Source: Marsupella aquatica (taxonomy: Eukaryota; Plantae; Marchantiophyta). Taken from it: a stretch of DNA of 64,000 nucleotides. The DNA lies in assembly GCA_973895155.1 (NCBI GenBank), contig OZ316894.1, positions 2,868,457 to 2,932,456 on the forward strand, written 5' to 3'. Positions 1 to 13,690 of this stretch are shown here, one piece after another (position 1 is the stretch's first letter; every line of letters starts with the position of its first letter). Position numbers and translations under genes: made by a program. Under the pieces are notes generated by a model, which saw nothing but the letters and a program-made list of their open reading frames with translations, searched no databases and had not been told where the DNA came from.

Positions 1-3000
1 TGATGACAAAATATCTTTTGGTGTCGCACTGCGCGAACTAAATGAACTTTTTGCGTATGGTGACACCGAATTGCTCTTCGAAGCTTGGGATTGGGCAGAC
101 GGTGCTCGTTGAGGGCCTATAACAAGATTCGAACAGGCACATGTCAGTACTAGCAGTTTCAGTCAGCAAATCTCTGAACTTGGATCATACATCCAGAGAA
201 GCTACAATTGATCAATTTGAGGGCGTGGGTCTTAATGTAGAAGAGACATAAGACAATCTCGGACCAAAGGTCTGGCTCCATACAATCGACCAATGTTAGT
301 GTTTGTATAGATTTGGCTGATTTACAAGCACCAGGGAGCAATGAAAGAACTGCGATGAGATCGACGTATCAACCTGACATGTGGACAGTAAGAATGAAAG
401 AATGATTTTCAAAGTCATTCATTCTGGTCCCTCCTGGCAGCCCGCTTGTTAGGTGTCTGACCTCACTTCCTCTTTGTTCAATTGGAGTGCTTTATTTCGT
501 TGTGTACCAGATATTTCTTTGTGGTGAGTCATAGATTATTACCCAATGCGACCCTCAGTTCAATATGAGCAGTATAGAGTGAGAATGAATGATTAAATGG
601 TTTATAAGGTCAAGCCTCGGATGGTAGATGGTAGATGTTAGACCTCCCATCCCCCTGATTCAAGTTGGGAACTTCAGCTCAGTGGCATCAATCTATTTCT
701 ATCTGCACTAAATAGGGACACAAGGTGATTCTCTCTAGATCCATTAGCACGAGATTAGACATAGGCTTTAAAAGAGGAAGGAGACGGAAAAAATGAAATT
801 TAGCAAGGCGCATGATACACACCCGAAGATCTTGAGCTCTCCGTGCTTGATCGAAGAGAAGGAGTTCGTCGTTCAGTGAGCCTCGAACTATCAGAGGCGA
901 AATCCATAGAGGAACCCAACCGCCTGGTCTTGAGAAGCATTTTCGAATTATTATTCAAGTCATTTTTCGGATCAAACAGCGGCGTGGAGGGAACAGCAGA
1001 AGCACTTTTGTTCGAAGGGACCTTCTGTTTCGATAGTAATCCTGATCCTGCCCCTGCCCCTGCCCCTGTCTCTTTCCTTACGGACCGTTTGTGCTGTGGC
1101 GATGCTTCAGTCTCACTCAAAGTTGTCTCACGAAGACTTTTGCCAAATGGACTCTTGCTACCAGTGGTTGTACTTTGCGAGTTGTTCTCGCCACTTCCTC
1201 GCACAGTACTACAGGCACTGCAATGGGAGCCTAGCCTGTGCTCCGACAACACATTCGCAACGCATGAGCGCTCCCGAGTTGAGGGGTGGTTGAGACCTGA
1301 GGCTGGCTGCTCTCGGACCCTGACGGGAGATAAACCGAGAAAGGAAATGTCTAGATCAGTTCCATCCGATGCACTACAAGTCCTCGTGTGTCGAAATGCC
1401 AACCTTGGGCTGCTACTGCTCTTCTCTGCCGACTTAGGAAGGCGATAAATTCTCTCGGATTTCAATTTTCGAGCACTTGATGGCGGAGTGGTTGTGTTCT
1501 CAACGAGATGAGAATCCACCTGACTGCGGCCCTCCAAATTTTCCGAAAGATGCGTATCGTTAGCTTCTTCTACTATCTCGTTTCTCCTCCTGGAAAGTGC
1601 CAGCGACTTAGAATGGCCAAGAACTCTCTCGGATTTCAGTTTCCGAGCGCTGAATGGCGGAGTTGTTTTGTTCTCAAACAGGAGATGAGAATCCACCTGG
1701 CTGCCGCCTTTCACGATGTCCCAAGGATGCTCATCGGTGGCTTCTTCTACTATCTCGTTCCGTCTGGAGATTACCCGAGAACTCCGTGATCGCTTAAGCA
1801 TAACTGAAGAACTGTACTTCAGAGCTTTAGCAGAATGTGATTCTTTTTTCGTTACCATTTGGTCCTCTGCAATGCTCATGTTACTCCGGTCGTTGAGAGG
1901 AGACTGATGACGACCACCGCCACCACCCCTCCGATCTGGAGTTCTCACCACGAGAGGGACGCCCAAATCAACGGGATTCTCACTTTCAACAGGCTGTTGA
2001 GCAGTATGGTGTCTACAACTCACATGAGCATCATTTATGCTGTCTGATATCTTCTGGTTAACGTGCGCAAATGTCTCCTGGTCAATGATATCTTTAGGGT
2101 AAAGATCATCCAGACTCTTTTCGAATGCAGCCAGGAATTGGTCTTTGGACATGGCTGAGAGTTTGTCCAACATTTGGTCTTTGGTCAATTGATCCGGAGA
2201 GGACCGTGGAGAAGGCACAAACGGATTATCCTCGGCTTCCTGATGCGACGGAGGAAGATTATCGTGAGCATACTCATGGGATGGAAGGGGGATTTCCTCA
2301 CTCATAATCAGCTCCGATTGCTGGTAGGTGTCAGTTGTGAAATTCTCCGGATAAAGCATCCCGCCCTGCTGATAAGAGACTTCGGGAGATATCCTACTTG
2401 AACTTTCCTGCCTCGTGAAAACAGGGCCTGTATTGATTCCTTTTACACCTAGGCCTCCTCTCTCGCTGTTCAACCCACTCTTGTACCCATCATTCGAATC
2501 ATTTGCAGTGATGCCTTCCTTGGCCGTTCCCATGAATGATGACGATGAGAATTCGTCCCGGGCAGATCTGTTACCTTCACTTCTTTCAGCCATGGTGACA
2601 CCCTCTGCCTGTAGATCACTTCCGTCATCAGCCCTTTCTAAATCTCCACTAGTTGAAGGCTCAGCCGGAGGCTGAATTTCACGGTCAAGGAAGGCCTCAT
2701 GTTGCTTTTGCCGATGACCTAGTCTGCTTTCTGAAATGCCAGAGGAGGCATGCTCTGTTTGCTCGTATTTTTCATGCGTCCCTGTCTCTGAACTGGGAGC
2801 AGTACCACTGTTGGCCAGTGCTCCCACATCTACAGCAAGATGTTCCTTTCTCTTGCTTCGTATTGATCTTCCCACCACTCTCCACCGATCCAAAAGGCTT
2901 TCAACATATATCTCATGCTCATCTGCCAGTCCCACCGGTTTGCGGATGGTCCTCTGAGTGGAATCCCCCGACCCTGAGCCAAACATCTCTACTTTGGTTC

Positions 3001-3355
3001 CCTGCATAACTTTCAGCATTTTCCTCATCTCATCGAGCTCTGTGGCGAAATCCGGAGTGAAGCAGACGGAGTCCATTCCTCCTTTCCTAACAGTCCGTTT
3101 CCTTAATGTTGCAAACTCTCGATCTCCAGGAACTGCTGGTCCGTGCACTTGCAGTGGTGACTTCTCTGCAAAACGAACTCGACGAGACGAAGGGATAGAT
3201 CCATCTCTGTCTCCTACCTTCTGAACGTTGTCCAAGGTCTGAGGAGAAACATCGAGCTGCAACTGGGACAGGGAGGAGACGATGAAGTCGTGGGGTAAAG
3301 CCCCGTAGCCTAGAGCGTGTAGCTCCTGACGAAGCTCCGCCATTGTAAACGCCAT
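1..3355 (-). CDS. Large Ser/Arg-rich, mostly disordered protein; exon 1 3355-823, intron 822-117, exon 2 116-<1, continuing off the window. N-terminus is reminiscent of the HYLS1-like centriolar protein (tentative).
   Basis: 851-codon ORF. A phase-1 GT donor at 822 and AG acceptor at 117 give an in-frame continuation (GPQRAPSAQSQASKSNSVSPYAK). N-terminal helix FTMAELRQELHALGYGALPHDFI. A ~56-aa internal duplication (SRRNEIVEEA...SARKLKSER) lies at ~1450-1770. Product identity is not confirmed because the C-terminus is outside the window. Confidence 0.7.
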
Positions 3356-5897
3356 TGTGGATCGACAAATAAATCAAACCAGAGAAAAAACCTACTACTA
3401 CGAGACTTGCCACCAGCGTCTGAAGGCACACTAAAAACAGGATGCACACTAAAAACTATACTACACCAGAAGAATACATCTTGGAGTCAATTAGCCTCCC
3501 GAAAGAAATGAAGGGGGTGGAACACAGCATTGAAATTGCAGCCTCGAAAGATGAACAGCAATGCGCAGCAGCAGTTTGTGGGTATGAAATAGCAGATAGT
3601 GCACTACTTCTGTCTGGAGGCTCCAGTGTTGATAAATCCGGAGAGGACGCCCGCAGCCGCATTGTAGGTAGAGAGACAATAATTCAGCACCGAAAACGTA
3701 CAAAGATGTCGGTGGTGGCTGTGGAAAAGCAGTACTATACAACGAGTCGGCAAGGGATGGCAAGGCAAGAAATGCAATTTTGGACAGGCAGCACTGAAAA
3801 CGACCAAAGCAATCAGATCGTTTTCAGAATTCCGGAAAGCACTAAGAGCAGATCACGCGCCATCGTTTTCACTCTCTTCAAAGAATCTCAGCTCCGGCCG
3901 ACGCGAGCCCCTCTCATCTCAGCTATCGCACCATGACGTGCACAAAAAACGAAATGTACTGTGCTGTTTTGCCGGCTGCTGCTGCTGCTGCTTGGATCAA
4001 AATCAATGCCGGCCTCCACCACTCCTCTACGCTCGCACCAGTCTCCTACCTAATCGACCGAATTCAAATCCAGAAAATAGACCGTTACAGTGTGATGAGT
4101 CGTCAACAGCAATCGGACGAGGTCCACCACCGATCGAAATTCGGAGGACCGAGAATCAGAGACGGACAGACAGGACCACAGTAGCAGTTCAACGCATCTG
4201 TATTGTACCCAGCGGAGAAGGTGGAGGAGTTGAAGTGAAGTGGACGAGATCGTGCAGAGCGAGGAGGAGGAGGAGGAGGAGCAGGGAGGACTACAACGGA
4301 AATCACGAAACAGTAATTCAAACGGGTGAATGGCGGGGAGCAAGACTGATGTAGTAGTAGAATATACAAAGAAAAACCTCAGTTCAAGTTACATTATGTT
4401 AAGTTACGTTTTTTGCAGTCGACCTCGTCTTTTCTGCACAAATGTCGAGGGATCTTGGAGAGTTCACAGGGAGGAAACGGGAAGGAATCAAATTCAAGCT
4501 TCAAATCAAATGCCAACCACTTCACGAAAAAAAAGGTTTAAAAAACTCAACCCAAGAAGAACGATGGACGATCAACGACGATGCACAAGAGGGAAGGAGG
4601 AAGGAGATGGATTGGGACGACGGATTCGAGGGATGGGAGCAGAGGAAGAAGGGGCGGATGTGGAAGGTCCAGAGCTTTCAATTCAAGCACAAGAGTGTGG
4701 AGGGGAGAGCGGGAACTCGGGGCCGAACCGAAGCCCGAACAAAACCCCGGGGCGAGGGACGAACGTGATCGACCGTCCGAGGCTGGATCGTGAGTGTACT
4801 GACGGGAGTCGTGTGTCGCCGAAGCTGGGTAATGAGTTGTCCAAGGGAAGTCGTGCGGGCCGAGCCGAGGTGGCGAATAGGAAATGAATGCGTCTCGATC
4901 TACGTGGACATTTGAATTTTGGACATTTACTGTAGTCTGGAGAATAGTTTTTTCCTAGGAGCGCCCGTTTTACACTTCCGGAGCAGTAAAGTTGACTCTC
5001 TCTAAGTGCAATCTCTTGTATTATCGGTTGCTTTCCTTTAGAAGAGCACACCCCCTAGTACGTGCACTTATCGATAAGTGCGCATGATACCAGGGATTTG
5101 ATACCAAGTTGTGTTGGCTATTGCAGATTCAGCATCACAAAGTGATTGAACAACCATAGGGATTCCAAAAGCCCCCACACACATTGTAAATACTATAATA
5201 TAACCAGATCACACCAAGGATCAGTGAGTAGCCTTGTACCTCTTATCCCTGCCCTAATTCTGTGCCCTAACTCCTTATGTGCATTCTAACTCTACTAAGA
5301 ATGGACATGCATTTATCAGTAAATGCGATTCAAGGGTTTGTGCTTTTATTACGGACCCCACTAGAGGTCCCTTCCAAAATTCCTGGCACCACATCGTGCC
5401 ACGTCAACAACAACCGCAACAAACAAGACTCGTCAATTTTGTGAATCAAACTTATAGTTTTCATTCGTGTTTGTGTCAATTTGGGTGTAAATTTTGGGAC
5501 GTTGTGCCGTAAAAAGAAAAATAAAAACATTGGAAATGCAAAGAACAAGACGGTTAAAACTGTCACTATGTAACCATTTTAGTTACATTTTCAATTTTAA
5601 AACTTAAATTCAAAGATTTATAAAAAGTATTTTTCATATAATAAATAATGACTAATAACTAACTTGATAACTTCTTTGTTAAAACGCAACTCCCGGTATG
5701 TAAGGACCTCTCGTATTGTACGGCCATTAATGCTCGGAAGAGCACATAGAAACCCAGGATTGGGGAGGAGGAATGGCTGGAATCTTGAAAGTTCATTCTC
5801 AAAACAAAAAATACCCAGTCGTAGATCTCATTGAGATCTTTCTTTTGCACCCTAGATCGCCTTCTAACATGGATGAATAAGATTTCTAGAGACATTA

Positions 5898-6264
5898 TGT
5901 TGAGCATAGACGACGATCGCAACGGCAAGCCCATGAACCATCCAACGCACAATAGTCGACACAAGATATACGTGGTTCACCTCCTTGAGGCTACGTCCAC
6001 GGGAACACACAAGAGAGCTTTACTGAACTCTAAGCCCGTCGGCTATACCGAGTCTCCATAGTGTAAGCTCTCCCTATCTCTCAAGTGGCTCCATAACAAT
6101 GAGCCTTGGTTCTTCCTCTCCAAGCACACATGCCTCTTATGATATAGTGTGCAACTTAGTTGTACCTAACCACATAGTTGTACCTAATCACGTAGTTGTA
6201 CCAACCCACGTTGTTGTACCAACCACGTCATACCTAACCTAGACGTAAGAGTAAATACCCAACA
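5898..6264 (-). repeat. 3' LTR of the copia element
   Basis: TGTTGAGC...CCCAACA; 363/367 identical to 34265-34631 by manual comparison; abuts the PPT. Confidence 0.97.
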
Positions 6265-6277
6265 ATCTTCCCCTTGA
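6265..6277 (-). promoter_or_regulatory. Polypurine tract (PPT)
   Basis: Minus strand reads TCAAGGGGAAGAT immediately before the 3' LTR. Confidence 0.85.
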
Positions 6278-6454
6278 CTCTGGTCTAGGGGAGAGTAATA
6301 CTGCCAATGTATATGATCCCTTAGCGAAAAGTTCTGGACAAAAACCAAACCGGTTTCCCTCTCTAACTAGAGCAAACCATAACTAAGCCGTAGCCTAATA
6401 CATAGGAATGAGGAAGAGCATATATCAGTAATTACAATGAATGTTAAGAAAACT

Positions 6455-8575
6455 CTACTTGTGATGCAATTGCAAAACCTGCAATACGTCACGGTGTCTA
6501 GAGAAACTCTCCAAAGGAATCACTTTGGTAAATGCGTCAGCCGGGTTGAGTTTACCATCAATCTTGACTAGCTCAAACAAATTATCAGACATAGCCTGCC
6601 TGATAAAATGGTACCTGACGTCAATGTGCTTCACTCTGCTGTCCATCACCTGGTTCACAGCAAGGTGGAGCACACTTTGACTATCACAATGGAGCTTCAC
6701 ATTCCCCTGTGGCAATCCCATTTCAGTGATAAGTCTATCCAACCAAATCGCTTCATTTGCTGCTTCCGCAGCTGCAACATACTCCGCTTCTGTAGTAGAC
6801 TGAGCAATACACTTCTGCAAAGTAGACCTCCAACTTATGCATCCACCGCCAAGTGTGAACATGTATCCTGTTGTTGATCTCCTTCGGTCCAAATCTTGTC
6901 CATAGTCAGAATCAACATAGCCAATCAATGATTTAGCATTCTTTGCATTCGCATCAAATAAAAGACCATGATCCACGGTACCCTTCAAGTACCTGATAAT
7001 CCACTTCACTGCTTCCCAGTGTACCTTCCCTGGATTTGACATGTACCTGCTCACCTTGCCCATAGCCATGGCAAGATCAGGTCTAGTGCAAGTCATCAAA
7101 TACATGAGACTCCCCACTGCCTTGTCATACGGAACCTTTGACATCAACCCCTTCTCTGTGTCATCCGTAGGACAGAACGCTAATGATAACTTGAAGTGTG
7201 GAGTCAACGGGGTACTTACTGGCTTGCTATTCCCCATGTTGAACCTTGCAATTACCTTCCTCGCATAACTGCTTTGCGTCAACCATAGCTTGCCAGCCTC
7301 CAAGTCCCTAGTGATCTCCATACCCAAAATCCTCTTAGCTGGCCCTAAGTCCTTCATCTTAAACTCTGCACTAAGCAATGTCTTGAGCTTAACAATCTCA
7401 GACCTATCCTTGGCTGCAATTTAGCATATCATCCACATAAAGTACTAAAATAATGAACCCAAAGACAACATTCTTTACCGGTTTCAAATACACACAAGGG
7501 TCAAATACACTTCTGTGAAAACCTTGTGACCGAATCCAATCGTCAAACCGCTTGTTCCACTGTCTTGGTGATTGCTTCAACCCATACAAGGATTTCAGCA
7601 ATCTGCAAACCAATTCCTCCTGTCCTCTCTTCACAAAACCTAGCGGTTGTCTCATGAAGATCACCTCTTCCAATGTGCCATAGAGGAAAGCTGTGACAAC
7701 ATCCATCTGATCTAGCAGCAGACCAAACATTACAACAACTACACACAATAGTCGTATTGTAGAGTACTTAGCAACTGGTGAGAAGACCTCATTGTAATCC
7801 ACACCTTTCTCTTATGTGAATCCCTTTGCTACCAACCTAGCCTTGTAGACCTTCGATCCACCTCCTATGGAATTATCCTTCAGCTTGTAAATCCACTTGT
7901 TGTCCACCACTTGCTGACCCTTAGGCAGCTTAACAAGCTCCCAAGTTTTGTTGTCCTTTAGTGACTGCATCTCCGTTTGCATTGCTGCAGTCCACTTTTG
8001 CTTCTCCTTTGAAGCACTTGCCTCATGAAATGAAGAAGGTTCCCCTTCTTCCAAAATTAACGCATCACCCTCATCATCAGCTGTAAAATCATCCTCTTGC
8101 AGTTGAAATGAATCAACCCACTGTCCATACCTTGGTGGAGCGCGTACAGTGCAACCAGATGTTCTTCTAGCCGATGACTTCGGTTGATCTGCGTGTGTTG
8201 GTACAATTTGAAGCTCAACAGCATCCACTTGCTGCTCACCAGCATCAATAAACTCCTCTGGTTCCTCTGGCACAGGAACCAGCTCCATAATTGGAGCAAC
8301 TCCTTCTCTCCGGTCATGCACCTCATAACCAATCTCCCCCTCAACGAGATCCGGGATAGGAGATTTTCCTTTGTCAGTACGGGAGACCTGAGTATTCTCC
8401 CCCTCCTTCAATAATCTGGATTCATTGAAGGAAACATCCCTACTGACAACGAGCTTACAGGCAATAGGATCCCATAGCCTATAGGCTTTCACACCACTCT
8501 AGTACCCAAGAAAAACACATTTCTTGGAGGTAGGATCCAACTTGGTCTTATTCTGCTTTCGGTGTGAGAGCATAT
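6455..8575 (-). pseudogene. Copia pol 3' part: integrase C-terminus, reverse transcriptase (RVT_2) and RNase H; disrupted
   Basis: Motifs KLDPTSKKCVFLGY, YKARLVAKGFT, QMDVVTAFLYG, SLYGLKQSPRQW, LYVDDM, GYVDSDYG, STTEAEY, KHIDVRYHFIR. In-frame stops near 8500 and at 7812-7814; frameshifts near 8558 and 7420. Confidence 0.93.
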
Positions 8576-8792
8576 AACCCCAATTTAAGGAATACTGAAG
8601 TATTAGATTAATTCCAATTTTATCTAAATATTATTAGTTAATGAATGATCAACCTCTTTAACATTTGGTGGGATAGTCAAAAACTTCAAATGTTTTGTTG
8701 CAAGATCTTTATAACAATGCATCACTAAATGACATGAAGTACCTCTTGATCCATGCACAAATCCTTAATTAAACTATCATTCATTGTTTCAA

Positions 8793-9368
8793 TTGTCTAT
8801 TTAATTATTATAGGGTTGAATACAAAAAAGATTGACACGCACCAGGGTGCGTGACCTACAATCATAGTAAGTACCACCCTTTAATTAATTAGTTTCTTGA
8901 CAACAATTAATAGGATTGTTGTATATTACAATGTCTACTGGACATTCATTTGAATGTCAATAATATCATGCCTTAATATCACCAAACTAAGGGCCCACTA
9001 ACTAATATTATATCTTAAATAAACTAACCAACTAACTAACTTGTCTATTTAATTACTATAGGGTTGAATACAAAAAAGATTGACACGCACCAGGGTGCGT
9101 GACCTACAATTATAGTATCACCCTTTAATTAGTTAGTTTCTATTGCTTTGACTCAATCAAGCATGGAACCATATAAAATCAGAAATCATTGAAAGTTGAG
9201 TTCACTTGAGGGTGTAACTATAATTATGATTTATTAATAGGATTGTTGTATATTACAATGTCTACTGGACATTCATTTGAATGTCAATAATATCATGCCT
9301 TAATATCACCAAACTAAGGCCCCACTAACTAATATTATATCTTAAATAAACTAACCAACTAACTAACT
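8793..9368. repeat. Subterminal direct repeat, ~248-bp unit x2, each copy carrying ACGC-ACCAGGGT-GCGT
   Basis: TTGTCTATTTAATTA... starts at 8793 and 9041; the second copy has an ~80-bp insertion. Confidence 0.9.
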
Positions 9369-9463
9369 TAGACGATAAGACTTGTCTAAACTTGAGTTCT
9401 CTGGCTACTACTATTCTGAGTTGCCTTTTAAACTGTATGCTAAACTACATGCTTCATTACTGT

Positions 9464-12400
9464 CTAGGATTTGTCACTTGCTATGCATGTCAAGAGATAG
9501 TCTCTTGCCTTGACAGCAACATTCTTTGGAATTCCTACCAGCCCTGTCATTGGTCCTTTGCGTGCTTTGAAACACCACAAGGCAGAGGAAACATCTATTG
9601 TCTCAACTTCCTTGTATATTGGAGATGGATCACGTTCCCATTTCTTATCCCAAGAATCTGCCCACCGCTCTCTTGGCTGCCAGTCTGATTGACCACGTTG
9701 CTTCTTTGCCATAAATGGTCTAAACCACTCAACGCCACATACATGAGTAAGAAGGTTTTGTTCATTCACTGGTCCTTCTACCACATCTATAACAACTAAC
9801 CCCATATGGACGGGATAAACATCCAGGTCTGAGTCGTCCGGCCGTACCAACACATAACAGCCCTTCACAACATCAACCCTAGGGTTAAAACTCTCAGGAG
9901 GTTTATCTTTTGCTGGTCCCACATAATCCACTGTTGCCTCCAACTCACATGCCACATTTCGATATTCTGGTGGAACGTGCTCTCTCCATATTGATAAAGG
10001 CCAAAACCCGTATTCCAAGTTGTGTGCACCTTCAGGTTCATGTTGCACCTGCTCACCCTGTAGAGTATCTACAATGTCATTCCAATAATTGATGAGAGTT
10101 GTCCAACGTCGCTTTGGTTCTTCCTCTTTTGTTCGCTTTAGAATAAACTCAAAGAATGACACATGCTTCTTCAACCCTGTCAGCACTTCAGGAAGCATTT
10201 TCAACTCCATCATTGGTAGCCGTTTGGGCACCCCAATTGGGATGTGAGGACTTTTGTCATCTTTCCATGACCACATTTCAATACCTTCCTTGGGTAACCA
10301 TCCCTGATCAGTTGACTTCATTTTGTATTGGAAGCATGGCATACTATCATGACGAACATAGAACCTAAACAGCCTGGGTTTTAAATGCCCCACCAATGCC
10401 TCAGGGCCCTTCAACATGAATGGAGCTAAGTAGTTTTTGAAATTTGGGACCTCCTGTAGAAAATGTGGGACTGCATTGGGTGTCCTTGCTCTCATGAACA
10501 AGGACATTAACTCAGGCAATGAGTATGTGGGGTTATGCATCATAGACTCTGAAAAATTCCCGAACATACCGTCAACGTCCTCATGAGTATGCCCAACCAC
10601 CATAAAACCAAGATGAACCTCTTCAAACACCTCCCTTGCCGTCAACAATGACAAATAAGCCATCATATATTTGTTCTTGTTGTCTGAGGCACAATTATCC
10701 AGTTGTAGCTTCAATACTCGTGGAAGGGGCCTGAACTTTGGTGCCTCAGGTGCTGCATCACAATGTAACAATCTCAGAATGCTTTTAAATAAAACCCTAG
10801 TCAGACCCTAAACCCCAATTTAGGGTTTAGGGTTTAAACCCTATTAATGAAACCTTGGCTAGGAGGAGCAACAACTACACAAAGTAGAGTGTCAGTGTGT
10901 GTGAGCTTATATTATTAAATAATAATAAATTAAAGGATTGTGAGTAAAGTACCTAGGCTTGAGATGTAGGCAATGTCATCCTCAAATGCTCTAAGGACAC
11001 TTGCCTCCAAGATATCTGCTCTCCCAAAAAGGAGGTCTTTAAAAAGACTTGTCGAGTCTGGCCCCTCCACAAGTGATTTGATCATTGGATTTGGGTTTTC
11101 CAACATCCTTAGTATTGAATCAATTGACCCAATAGTGATGTTGACATCACCTGGCCACACTCCAACATGATATTGGGCTATGGCCTTGGGACCATGACCA
11201 TGAGTAAGGATACCAGTGACAGTAATTGGGAACTTTTGGGCACCATCCACATGCTTAGGATTGAAGGGCATTCTTGGGAGAGCTGTCTTTGAATGATCCA
11301 TCTTATCATGAATAAGGCATAACACTTCCTTTGGACGATGGATGGACTCATATCTCCAGGTATGATAGCACATTCTTTGTTGTGTGTGGTCTTGGTGATG
11401 TTCCTCCTCGTCACGCCTTAGGCCCTCTAACTCTTCCTTAGCTCCTGTAAGGTTTGCTTTCCGTTGAAGCAACTCACTACAAGTTGTACACTTTGAAAAG
11501 TTGTTGCCCTTTTTGTGACGTGAGAACTCCCTGAAATACATCTTATGTAAATGACTCAAGGTGGGTTGGAAAATTGGAGGAAGACCAGCCTCCTGGTTGA
11601 CAACATTAACCCTGTTTCTAATATTCTCCCAAGTAAGATTTGTTGGCAATTCCCTCAAAACCATCCTTGTATTATCTGCCATGGTTCTCAACTTGGCTGG
11701 ATGATGATCAGCTGCCTCCTCAATAATCTCTTTCATTGACATGAACGCTTGAGATACTTTCTCGGACATACGCCTTTTTCCAGCATTACCATGGGTACCT
11801 ATGTTCATTCCAGCCATCACAGTCTTCTTCAAGGCATAAAATTGAGTCTTTCCTCTTGAATGAATGATTCTCCATGCCTCCAAGCACAATACTTTGCCCT
11901 CCACTGCTAGAATCCTTTCTCCAGTACCCAAATGTATTGTATTTTTAATAGCCTTGATTTCCTCCTCCTTGCGCTCCGCAAAAGATTTTGACCACCACTT
12001 TTGCCTAATTGCCATAGCCAAGTTGCGGTCCAAATATTGGCAACAATGTTCACTACAACAGTCCTTAGTGTTTATCAACAACACATCTTGACGTGCCAAA
12101 GATGTGTCTCTTCTAGATGTCTGGGAAGATGGACTCTTTCTTTTCCTACTTTTATGGACGTAGGACCGCTTGCCACTTGTTGGAGATGTGTTCCCTCCCA
12201 CAGCTTGCCTGATGTTGTGGAAAGACAACAAGTTGCCATCCTTGGCAATGAGTTGGTCCATCGACCAAGCTTTTAAGCAATCTCTATGCTTCAGATGATC
12301 TATGGTAGCTCCCTCGACAAAATCGTTGATCAGAATTCCCACATGTGTATTCCCAAGGGTGACATCCCCAAGCTTGACTATAGGATCTAGAACATGTATA

Positions 12401-12840
12401 GTTGCCACTGCAAATATCAACTTGTTCTCATCCACCACCTTTACAGGCATGCCCATCCACAAGGCCTTTGGTAAAACTACTTCCACACCAGACCGACTCT
12501 CATTATGGTTGTTCCCATCAGAATTTTGATTGACTGGATCTTGATCATCACCAACAGTGCCAAACACATCCTCCGATTCCATGGGAGCTCGAAAAAGCTG
12601 ATTCCTTTCCCATACAAGGTAACCCCCAATCATGTCCTTCAAAAGTTTGCCATCTTCGCATAGAATGGTCTCGTCAAAAACTTCCTCCAATAGAAGAAGA
12701 ACTCTGTCCGCCCCAAGAGGAACATTGTGACAAACCCTGGAAGGATCAAGACTTATCACGCGACCTTTTCCAACCTGTTTCTCACGTATGCCTATAATTA
12801 CTTGTCCGCCTTCCCTGATCCAGACTGTCGATGTCACCAT
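9464..12840 (-). CDS. DDD transposase (Sola1-like), ~1058 aa; exons 12840-10953 and 10752-9464; the true start may lie in an upstream exon
   Basis: A phase-1 GT-AG intron (10952-10753) joins the 644-aa and 435-aa ORFs in frame. Motifs: CTTC...HHQDH, LIHDKMD, LKLQLDNCASDNKN, FMVVGHTHEDVDGMF. Two N-terminal repeats resemble TNP1/Transposase_23-type barrels (VGKGRVISLDPSRVCHNVPLG...YLVW). No stop codons seen. Confidence 0.85.
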
Positions 12841-13239
12841 AATAATTATGATCCTGCACATCAAAGAATATCACTGTAAGCGTATAGTCCTGTCACGTCC
12901 GTCAATTTCACTGCATTGTCCTGTCATGTCGGTCAATAAGCAGAATGTAGTCAATGCACTGCGCTACACGCGACTGGTCGCGTGACCCTAGAGGTACCAC
13001 ACATACCGGCAACAGACTATGCATGGTCCGTCAGTCATGTCAAATGAATGAGAATGACCACAATCGATTACGATCAATCATTTCACATCCACTCAGAACA
13101 AATGAGTGGACAGTCAGTAACTACTAAGGACAGTAGTGCTAATAAGCGCCAGTAAAACGTCCGTGAACTGCATTGTCCTGTCACAACCGTCAATAAGTAG
13201 GCTGAATGTAGTCAATGCACTGCCCTGCACGCGACTAGT

Positions 13240-13690
13240 CGCGTGACCTTAGTCAGAGGGTGTACGGATAACAGGGTCTACGACGTAGAAGCTAGAAGGC
13301 TAGGCCCAAACTCTAGCTCGTACTTGGTACTTCATAAGTAAGATACGATTGCGCGTGAGACAGGAAGATACAATTACGGATCTAAAGGCATGTCGCGTGA
13401 CCTTAGTCAGAGGGTGTAGGGATAACAGGGTCTACGACGTAGAAGCTAGAAGGCTAGGCCCAAACTCTAGCTCGTAATTGGTACTTCATAAGTAAGATAC
13501 GATTGCGCGTGAGATAGGAAGATACAATTACGGATCTAAAGGCATGTCGCATGACCTTAGTCAGAGGGTACAGGGTCTACGACGTAGAAGCTAGAAGGCT
13601 AGGCCCAAACTCTAGCTCATAATTGGTACTTTATAAGTAAGATACGATTGCGGGCGTGACAGGAAGATAAATTATGGATCTAAAGGCATC
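13240..13690. repeat. ~154-bp tandem repeat x3 upstream of the transposase, embedded in a larger duplicated block (~12900-13840)
   Basis: CGCGTGACCTTAGTCAGAGGG (third copy CGCATG...) starts at 13240, 13394 and 13548. Confidence 0.9.

Noticed and set aside
3442-5051. Several 70-185 aa ORFs upstream of the large minus-strand gene
   Set aside because: Overlapping, low-complexity and motif-free; more likely 5' UTR/promoter sequence with GAG and GCT microsatellites.
5659-6061. Short ORFs overlapping the LTR (also 34264-34509)
   Set aside because: Incidental frames within LTR and flank sequence with no protein motifs.
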